The notes under the pieces were generated by a model that was not told the origin of the DNA, made no database searches, and worked only from the letters and a program-made list of their open reading frames with translations. A stretch of 63,558 nt of DNA, the filler included, from Conidiobolus incongruus B7586 (lineage: Eukaryota), in the NCBI GenBank assembly GCA_000697335.1. It is 5 parts of 5 records of this genome, joined end to end, with 100 filler letters (N's around TTAATTAATTAA, not from the genome) between each part and the next. Parts side by side here need not be neighbours in the genome. Positions count along the whole stretch, not along the records: positions 45,018 to 59,694 come from JNEM01006300.1; positions 59,795 to 63,558 come from JNEM01006306.1; 3 more parts are not named here. The stretch is one strand, 5' to 3'. The position numbers and the translations under genes are program-made. This document shows positions 52,435-63,558 of this stretch, in pieces (within the stretch, counting starts at the first letter, position 1; every line of letters begins with the position of its first letter).

Positions 52435-53570
52435 TTAAACTTTCATAGATTGCGACAGTTGATTTCTCTACCAAATTTGAATTAATTAATATAAATATAA
52501 ATCAATATAAAATAAAGCTTACAATATTAATGATTTTATCCTTCTGATCGGGTGGCAATTGATCGATCTCTTCTTGAGTCATCGTCATAATACGATCATA
52601 CAATAACTAAAATATTATTAGTAAGAAATTTTTATAATAAATGGAATTGAAGTTACTTTTTGTTGATCTGGATTTAAATCGGTACCTAAATCTAAAATCA
52701 CAATTAACAAATCATCCTACACATATATATTATAAAACAAACCTTCATTTTGTTGTTGCTGCACCTGAGCAGGGGGAGGAGCTGACGGATGAATCATCTG
52801 ATTAAAGTAACTTTCCTGAATGTAGTCCAAATGGAGGAATCCCTTCAACAGGAAGTAATTCAACTGAGGATTTTCAATTAGGAATTGGTGGCAGGCGCGC
52901 GCGTCTTTCATATACATAATCTATTTAAAATTAATATAAAATAATTGGAGCGATGTATATTATGAATTACTTTGAGCTGTTCCATCACCTGATAAATTTG
53001 ATCCTTAGTCATTGTACTAATTACACCATTAATCGTATCCACAGACGAGTGCTGCCTCTGCAATGCCACATTCTGTCTGAAGCCATGCTGCTGACCTGGA
53101 TTTGTAGCAGGTAGCGGAGGTACATTCTGGCCACTCTGGGCAGGTTTATCACCACTGTCCGAGCTATCACCAGCGAAATCCACCCTCAATAATCTATTGC
53201 CAATATCGTAGTTATTCAAATTTCTTACTGCACTACTAGCAGTTTCAATGTCATGATAATCACAAAAACCAAAGCCTTTAGGTTTGCCGGTATCTTTATC
53301 GAATACCAATCTAATCACTATGAATTATACTATTAAGTCTGTGAACATATCGAAAATTACCTAAAGTTGACAACTGGCCCCACTTGACTAAATATTTCTA
53401 TCAATTGTTCTTCGGTAAATTCGTAAGGAATATTCCCCACTAAAAATATCCATTTAATAAAACATATATTTATCATATTAATATAATTGCATATTTTGTT
53501 TACCAAATACTCTTTTCGAAGGTCCTGCAGGTACGTTATTTACATTGTTGTTAGGATTATTTTGATTCAT
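52435..53570 (-). CDS. RNA15: mRNA 3'-end processing factor Rna15/CstF-64, multi-exon
   Basis: RRM (VFVGNIPY, RLVFDKDTGKPKGFGFCDY, SAVRNLN), hinge (FLIENPQL) and C-terminal MTQEEIDQLPPDQK..I..RNQL. Confidence 0.92.
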
Positions 53571-53648
53571 TTTTTATTTTTGTTGAATTAAAATTGAATG
53601 AAGTGATTTTAGTACTATCATTATAATATTTATTAAAATTGAATTAAT

Positions 53649-53679
53649 ATATGGGATAAATGAATTTCTAATCCCATAA
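53649..53679. promoter_or_regulatory. Inverted pair of TCCCATA(A/T) elements in the RNA15 / LYR divergent promoter
   Basis: ATATGGGA at 53649-53656 and TCCCATAA at 53672-53679, each ~78 bp from and co-oriented with one ATG. Confidence 0.6.
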
Positions 53680-53756
53680 TAATAAATTTGAGCCTAATTT
53701 GTTTAAAATTAATCTAAACTTGGAATTTTTAAACTATTGAATAAGAAATAAAAAAA

Positions 53757-54776
53757 ATGGTATTTAAACGAGTTCCACAAACGATATCACCATTACAATT
53801 CCAAAAATTTCCATTAGCACCAAGACTTAAGCACGATCACTTGACGCAACAACCCAACCATAAATTCCAAGTATTAACCCTATATCGCCAACTGTTAAAA
53901 CTATCCAATTCTTTACAATTCCCAAAATATAGGGATTACTGTTTACAACATATTAAAAACAGATTCCGATACTATAAAGTAGAAAAGAATCACCACAGGA
54001 TTTTTGGTCTTTTACAAGAAGGCCAACAATCCAAAACCCTCTTAGAAAAATGTTTGAATCGAGATACTCCATCACTAAAACTTTTGGATGATTTAGTATG
54101 GGGTCGATCAGGATTTTTAAAAGATAAATTACAACATATCGAAAAACATCCAGAATTTGGTAAAAAGCCCCACAGATTATTGAAGGATTTAAGATCGATT
54201 CAAAACCGTATTCGTACTGGCAAGAAAACTTCACCACCTTTAACTTTCAATCCTAAAGAATTCGCCATTCAATCCGAATTTCCTCAAAATCCACGTCCTT
54301 TACAAAAACCCAGCGATAAAGTAAAAATTGTTAAGACCAACTTTGGTATTACATTTTTAAAATTTATTGGGAGACCTATTCCCCACTGGTTTAGTAGTTA
54401 TATCAATCGCAAGATATATAGAGAGGTGACTAGAAGGAAAAATTTGGAAATGCTGATGGAATATAAACAAATGCTGGTTAAGGAAATTGAATTTGAAGAA
54501 AATCTGGGATTAGAGCCAGATAGGGATTATTGTAAATAGAATCTATTTTATAATATTTTAATATGACTAACCATTAATCTAGTGATGACAACGAACACTT
54601 CCATAGATAAAATAAAACAAGCGATTAGCAAGAGTTATGAATTGACTCAACGGAAACAATCTATAGAGCTTATTCAGCCCGACAAATATGTTAGGGATAT
54701 AAATCCACGATTGCGCATTCATATGAAGGCTTGGCCTAGAAAGGTTGTTGAAGATTGGAAGATGAGGTATGATTAA
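53757..54776 (+). CDS. Mitochondrial LYR-motif (Complex1_LYR-like) protein, 2 exons
   Basis: Basic N-terminus, VLTLYRQLLK...IKNRFR. One GT...CTAAC...AG intron at ~54533-54582. Confidence 0.75.
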
Positions 54777-54791
54777 TTTGGGTTTATTGCT

Positions 54792-56025
<1,234 letters not shown>

Positions 56026-57249
56026 CTTTATCAAAACAACTGACTAACTTGAAGAGTGACTTGAATTATACCATTTTATAACACCAGTCAAAATATTGTG
56101 GGAATTTTTTGGAATTTATCGTAAGATTTTTTTTGTTAGATTATCTCATATCATCATTAGACTAAAAATTCAATTTTAAGAGGATTGGTTGGTGATTAAA
56201 TTTAAAAATTATTACTTTAAACAATATTTTATTATTAATCTGAACTGTATTCTCAATTTTGTTTACTTTTAAAGTTTACCAATATAATATTATATATTAA
56301 TATATGGTTATTTTTCTGAATATTAATTCATTGAAATTGATTGTCAGACTAAATTTTATTTTAATGGTTTCATTTATTCATTAATCTTAAACCTTTAAGA
56401 ACTGACCATATACAAAAAGGATCCAAATATGACATTTAATAAAATTCATATGACTTGGGGAATTAATTGAGAATTATATCAATTTTGAACTAACCTTAGC
56501 CCGAGTATTTAAATATTGTGAACAATATTTTAGCTTTCCAATTATCTATCTAATAATTAAAAAAACAATTTTTCCAGTAGATTTAAATATTTATATTTGG
56601 AAAAGGTATAATAGAAATTTTGATGAAGATACGTATATTATTAGATTACCAAATATTTGAAGTTAGATAGATTATTATAATAGATACCTATTTAATATTT
56701 ATTAATTAATGAAAAAAAATAACTTATTGATTGGTATAGGGTAATCATAGTTTATATATAGTCTAAATATGATGACATTATTATTTAATTTCCAATATTT
56801 GATTGAGTCTGCTTGACAAATTTTTGATATTTTGAATTTCCAAAGTGATTGGACAATCCATTGTGTTAGGATTGATCTAATTAATTCAAAAAACTATTAA
56901 GAAATATACTATGATTATATATATTTTATAGTATATAGAATTATTTAAAAAAATCCATGTTAGTAGCTTCTTAAGTGAATGATTATCAAATTCAGTAAAT
57001 ATAAAAATTTATTTCCAAACAATTTAACACAATAAGATATTAATAAAATACTAAAATTTAATAAACCTGACTATTGTTCAAATTAAAATACCCTGTTAAG
57101 AATTTAATAACTTTATAATGAACGCTTTGGAATGAAAAGGTAAGAATTTAGAAAAAAATTATAAACTCTGGAGATAATATTCAAAATAATAAAAATCAAT
57201 GATCTAAAATCCCTCAAAATCGTTATGATTTGTTATAAAAAATTAATTT

Positions 57250-58375
57250 TTAATTAATGGGGAATTTTTTAGGAATGATAATTGTGTCATTTCGTTTCCA
57301 AAATTCTTTTAGCCATTGAGCTACTTGCTCGGGATCGTCTTCGTGAACGTTATGTCCTACTTCGCTGCTAGCGATATGAAGTTGGAATTTGCCTAATTGT
57401 ATAGTTAGTGTTAAGAGAATTACAAAAATTGATAGGTTAGTTACCTTGCATTTGTCCAATTGTCAAATCCTTATCCAAACGCTCTGTGACTGCGAGTATG
57501 AGTAATTTGCCCGTTTTGCATGTTAAGAACTTGTTAGAGAGACCTGTGAACCATCCTGGCCAATACTGTTGACTGGCGAGAAGATCCGTCCTCCATTCAT
57601 AAGTTTGAGAATTTTCGTTCAATTTGAGCTGAGGTGGAATAGACAATCTAGCTGATTCGATATTGTTCACAGTTTGTGTGGAGATAGCCCATTCTACTGC
57701 AGATTCCAAAGATGTGAAAGAGGACGGACGTTTCGCGACGATGGATGCCATTCTGGGAAGAGCGTCGACTGCGGTTCCTTCTACAACATCAATCACTACG
57801 ACACCGAGGAGACGTTTGCGCAATTCTGATTCCATTTTATGTGCTGCTTCAACTACCACAGCACCTCCCAAGCTATGCCCCACCAATATAAGTTTACTAG
57901 CGGGATCTACAGTTTTGCCATTGGTAATAAATCGCAAAAGATCCCACGTCAAAGTCTCTAGCGACAAATCACTGTCGTTACTACTGCTAGTTTCTCCATG
58001 AGCTCTCGAATCATAAGCAATTACAGCACATTCGCCACTAGCCAATTGGCTCAACTTCTTAGCAACTAGACCAAAACTTAAAGCACTGAGCCCAGCTCCG
58101 TGATGAAAAATAAAGGTTACAGGGCTGTCCAATTTAGACTTTTGGGGAATTGTAAACACATTTAGATTTAAATCACCACAATCTGAAGATATATTGACTG
58201 TAAATTGATTTTCAAAGGTTACAGAATATGGAAGCTGTGAGAAATTTTCATGGGCGAGGTGACTATTTGTGTACTGTTTGGACTGTGTTGACTCATGCTC
58301 TATAGTAGAATTTTCTGGAATTGATGTAGTGGATGAAAATTGATTTTTGAATAAGGATTTGTTAAGTTGTGACAT
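57250..58375 (-). CDS. PPE1: Protein phosphatase 2A methylesterase 1 (2 exons)
   Basis: HHGAGLSALSF, GHSLGG, DVVEGTA, WFTGLS, RLDKDLTIGQMQGKFQL and GHNVHED. Confidence 0.95.
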
Positions 58376-59694
58376 AATTTAATGCTCTTGGGTATTTTTA
58401 TGGATATTTTAAGTTTTAATTTTAAAATAATTGAAGTGATAATTTTTATGAAATGAAATTGGAAAAAGGACTTAAATTAGTGTATTAATGTTCAATTTGT
58501 TGAAGTTAATAAATTATGGGATTACTATTCTAACATTCCAATACCAAATTCAATCTTGAATCAATGTATTTATTTAACTATGAAAAATGAATACTAATAT
58601 TGTTATTTAAACCGTTTAAATTTAATTAAAAATTTGAACTTATATCGTTTGACAGGAGTTACCCAAAAATATCTTGGTATACTCTCATATCAAATTTACC
58701 TAATCTTGATATTGGAATCATATTTTTTCAAAAATATATTGAAACTAAAAAATTGAAAATGATGATTATTAAAATTATTAAATAACATCATAGTATTAGA
58801 CTCAGTGTAGTATTTTCTCAATTTATTCTTTTGAAATCAGTTTAGTACTATTAATATTAAATATATTAAGATTTTAGATATATATATTATATTAACCATT
58901 AAGTTAATTTCAAATGTTAATAAAACACTATATGTACTAAATTGCCATTAAATAAATCTATTATATTTGAAATTTAAAGTTGATGAGACTCAGTGTTAAG
59001 CTTTCAAAATAGAACCAATATTATCACTTCTATATTCAACTTATTAAATTGAAAAAATTTCAAATTATATTTACAACGTGATTAAAAAAACTTGAATATT
59101 ATTTTAAATAAATTAAATTTCTTTGAATATTAAAAATTTCATCGTCCTTTTGTTTGACTTATATTATTAAAATTTTTTATACATTGTAAAATACAATTTT
59201 TTTATAGCTCAAAGAATTCAAAATTATAAGAGTTTATATTAGAAGAATATAATGGATAAGATAATAAAGCCCATTCTATTGAATGAATAAGTTTTTTAAT
59301 AACGTTATTTTAATCAGGTTTAATATAAAATTAGATATAAAATGCCTTGATATTTATTTTAAAAATACCATTTCCTTATTTATTTTTTGATATTTTATAT
59401 TTATTATTCAAAATATTTTATCAAAATAATAATTGTAAATAATTATTTTAATAAGTTATAATTCTCCTTTTAGTATCAAATTATCAATTTTTCAATTAGA
59501 CTAATATTTAATTAATTAAGTAATATACAATTTAGAAATTAATTTTACTATATATATAATATTAGTTCTATTTATATATTAAATTTTTTCTTTTATATTT
59601 TTTTAAATTTAATAATTATATAATTGATTTAAATATTATAATAAGGTTACCTAGTATATAATTAAATTTTCGATATTAATTATTATTTATAAAA

Positions 59695-59794
59695 NNNNNN
59701 NNNNNNNNNNNNNNNNNNNNNNNNNNNNNNNNNNNNNNTTAATTAATTAANNNNNNNNNNNNNNNNNNNNNNNNNNNNNNNNNNNNNNNNNNNN
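59695..59794. other. Artificial contig spacer
   Basis: N44-TTAATTAATTAA-N44. Confidence 0.97.
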
Positions 59795-61069
59795 GATCTT
59801 TCAAATATATTATATGTTTTGAAAGATTATATATATATATATATATAGGAAAATAAATATTTTCAAACTATATATATATTCAATTTTAATTCTTTTTTTA
59901 TTAAAATATTTTGATTTTAAAATTTATACTTAAATTTAATCATGCTTAAACTAGATTGTAATTATCAAAAGGCTTTTATTTTTGTATCTTTAAAACTTAA
60001 CTATAAACCCTCTAAAATCATCTAAAACTTGCAAACAGCTTATGGAGATGGTGTTTTATTTAAAACTACCATATATTGCTGGATTTGTGATTTTAAAGCT
60101 AGAAAGGACACTATTCAAAATTTATCAAAATCTAAAAGATTAATTTCTACTGTTACTCTTTTATTTATTAATAGAGTAAAAAATATATTAAGAAATACCC
60201 TTTTATTTCTGTTAAAGAACTATTAAAGCAATTTAATATTAATTATACAAGTATGTTATATTTACTTAAGTTTAAACTTGGATTAATTAATAAAAATACA
60301 AAATGGATACCTTATAATTTAACAGAAGCCCAAAAGAAAACTAGAGTAGCTATAGCTAAACTAAACTTATTAAGGTATAATCAAAAACAAAGGTTTTTAC
60401 AGTGAATACTTACAATTGATGAATCTTAAATTCCTTTATATAATCCTTTACTTAAAAATAAAACAAGATGTTAGGTTAAGTTAAATCAATCCCCTTTATA
60501 AATTCCAATAAATAAACATTTTAAATATAAGCAAATGTTAATTATTGTAATAGATTATAATGGTATATAGTTGTCTTATTTAATACCTCAATGAAAATCA
60601 ATTAATAGTAAGTTATATATTACCTTTTTAAATAAAACAATTTTTAAATGGTGTTCTCAATATAAATTAAAGACACCTATTATTTTACATGATAATTGTA
60701 AAATACATAAAGTTAAAGCTATAAAAGATTTTTTATATAAAAAAAATTGGAGGGAGTTACCACATCCAGTATATTCACCTGATTATAACCTATGTGATTA
60801 TAATTGTTTTAGACAATTAAAAAAACAGCTTACAGCAAAAAAAATTCCTGCAAACAAATTAAATTGGTTTGTAAAACATCAAATTTCAGTCTTTAATAAA
60901 AAGAACTGTTTTTTAGGTATTAGAAGCTTACCAAAAGTATGGAAAAAAGTTATTAATAATAAAGGAGGCTATTAATTTTATATTATTTATTAATTTTTAT
61001 ATATTATTTATTAATTTATTTATTTAATTTTAATTTTAAAATTGTGCCATTACTTAATTTCTGCACTAA
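59795..61069 (+). mobile_element. Mariner (D,D34D) transposon, best-preserved copy F; transposase pseudogene ~59942-60975
   Basis: Translation gives AYGDGVL..TTIYCW, WIPYNLT (WVPHEL), ILTIDES*, ILHDNCKIH-34aa-D in HPVYSPDYNLCDY, and GIRSLPKVWKKVINNKGGY*. Right TIR followed by TA at 61070. Confidence 0.95.
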
Positions 61070-63215
61070 TAATAGGGATTTGATATTTTTATTGTTTGGA
61101 ATCAGGATTTGTAGACCACATGCTTATGATATTGTTGAAGGAATAGCAAAATTATTTTGATCTGTTTCATCATACATACTATATATCATATATTATTTAA
61201 ATTAATTTTAATAATGATTCTATTTGAATTTTAAAAATCTCTATCAAGAAAAATTAATATTTAATATTTAATATTTAATTTTTAATTTTTTTGAATATTA
61301 ATTTTTAACTTTTTGATATATTTAGTAACAAATTAAGCACTCTAATCTTCATGGTAGAAAAAAATAACATTATTGGAATACTATAAAAAAGAAGTGTAAC
61401 AGTACCAAGTACCTAAAATGGGAACTGTAAATTCCTACAGCTTGATATATATTTCTCGCTACAATCATTGAAAAATAGAATCAAACTTTTATTTTCTAGT
61501 TGTGCCCATTTTGTATCAAATGACTAGATAAAAAATAATTAAAATTTTTCCATTTAATTTTTTCAAATTATTCACATTGAACAAAATTCATTTGGATCAT
61601 TTTTAGAAATAGTAATTACCGAACTGAGATCTTAATCGACTACTTAATAATACTTTCAAGACTTATTCAATGATCATCATATTAAGAAATTAAATTTTGT
61701 ATCAAATTGTATAAAAATTATATTATTATTGTTATTATTTTAAAAATCAAGTGATAATATTTGTACTTTTATTTCAATATTAAATTTCCCTTAATAATAT
61801 GAATATCTCTTCCTATTTTAATAATTCAAATCTGAGATCAATACTCCAACTAAAATCAAACACGTTTATAATAAATTCATGATCATTGATTAAATTCACA
61901 AGGAATAATTAATTTTTTAAAGTATGACAATAATGTTAATGGTTTTTCATAAAAGTGATATAAACAGCGAAAAGTAAAATTAATACAGAATATTATTGTT
62001 AGGTAATTAGAATCAGTTTTGATATGTTAAATTAGTAACTAGTTTAAAAAGTCGTGTTAATACATTTTCAAGATATATTGAACAATAAATTAACGTGATA
62101 ATCTTGTCAATAACACTTTTTTATTAACTTTATAAGTACTATATTAAACAAAATACATTATAGTAGTATATTCAAATGTAGTTGATTTATCAGATTTTGA
62201 TTATATATAAAAATTATTAATTATAAAAATACAAAAATCTATAAATTTTATATTTAATCATTTCTCATTTCAAATGATTTAAAGTTAATTAGGTTATAAG
62301 AATATTGTTATAAATATATTTAAATCCATGATATTAACTTCAAAATTTTCACTATTGTATATATTGAGTTAAATAATTAAAAACACCTCATTTTTATTTC
62401 TGTTAATCATTACTTTTATTAAGTATGTGATTGGATATTAATTTAAATGAAAACATAATATGATATCTAGATAGAATTTTGCCAATGTGAAAAACATAAT
62501 AATATAAAGACAAGGGTATAATTATATATTATGAAAAAATTTAACTTTTAAAGTTCTGGACATCTTTAATGAAATCAAATAGTCTTTAATTGCTGAGCAA
62601 TATGAGTTTTTCTATTATTTATATGCTTATTTAAAATTTTATATTTCAAAGATTTGTTATTTTTATAAAGAAGACTTATTTCTTGATATAATTTTTAAAA
62701 GTAATTATATTATAATTGAAAATCTTGTAATATTATATAATTTGAAATATATTTACTCAACTCTGTACTTTTTGCTGTTAAATGCTATTTCATATGATAG
62801 AACTATTTTTTTGATTAGTTTAATTAAATTCTCGGTTATTTAGAGTCATGACACACGAATTATAAAGTTGAAAATGACTAATCAAATAACGTGGGAAATG
62901 GAGGATGTTTTTTTGAAATAGTTGTTCGTTTATTGTGTTACATTAGCTGAAATGTTGTTGAACAATTAGTTGAAAACGATAAAGCGTTAAATCACATCTT
63001 TGTGAATATAATGATAACCTTGACAAAATATGTAACCCTAAGGCTTACAAAGTTCGTCAAATCTACGAGCCATAACGATTACTTATATTTCCCAATATGA
63101 TGAATTAATACGATTTTATATCCCAAAATTTTGTGATACTATAAATCAACTGGGACCTAGATTGTTTTAAATTTGTTTGAATTTGGTAATAAGATCAAAA
63201 TTCGCAATGGACAAC

Positions 63216-63558
63216 TGTCACGTATCTACCCAATTAGTCCATATATATTTACCTTTAATATCAGTACCCATAATTTATCTCTTATTCTACTTTCCCTTAA
63301 ATTGATCCATTCTTATCCCAATATCAAAAAGGGGAAATACAACAGGGATCTATCTATCTATTCATTCATCCAGTTATCTATCTATTCACTCATCCATCTA
63401 TCCAACTATCTATCTATCTATCTATCTGAAGGAAACTAACTCCAAGTCTTTGTCAAGAACTTCCAATAAAACTCCATATAACTACATCCTAATCCTATAA
63501 CTTATCCACACTCCAACTTAATTCAATACAATTATCCTAGTTTCCAGCACTAGGATAA
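63216..63558. mobile_element. Possible LTR (starts TGTCACG) containing a (TATC)n tract; runs off the window
   Basis: TGTCACG start and an abrupt shift to C-rich, CpG-poor composition. No partner LTR or TSD is visible. Confidence 0.3.
63349..63427. repeat. Imperfect (TATC)n/(CATT)n tetranucleotide repeat
   Basis: atctatctatcta...ctatctatctatctatctatct. Confidence 0.85.

Noticed and set aside
60029..60226. 65-aa ORF as an independent gene
   Set aside because: It is a fragment of the mariner transposase HTH region.

Overview
AT-rich, intron-containing eukaryotic DNA. The gene content and the class-A-GPCR-like orphan suggest an early-diverging fungus, possibly Entomophthorales/Conidiobolus-like; this is an inference. 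The window is five contigs joined by artificial 100-bp spacers (N44-TTAATTAATTAA-N44), so adjacency across the spacers is not guaranteed. It holds about 16 protein genes: a MARVEL-like protein, AT-1 acetyl-CoA transporter, a GPCR-like protein, MIC26/27, TSR1, condensin Cnd1/Ycs4, POT1, M17 aminopeptidase, Slh1/ASCC3, vigilin/Scp160, two PAQRs, ISD11, RNA15, an LYR protein, PHYHD1 and PPE1. It also holds three tRNAs, all with A34 anticodons. Much of the apparently featureless AT-rich DNA is decayed transposons: six mariner (D34D) copies, one IR/DR-type Tc1 (DD34E) and two solo LTRs with intact target-site duplications, two clusters being nested. Two signals stand out. (1) The repeats carry massive, almost exclusively C->T / G->A mutation while neighbouring genes are intact; the transposase motifs reappear when only these changes are reversed, pointing to a RIP-like genome-defence process in what looks like a non-Dikarya fungus. 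(2) An orientation-specific TCCCATAA element sits about 70-175 bp upstream of most housekeeping genes.
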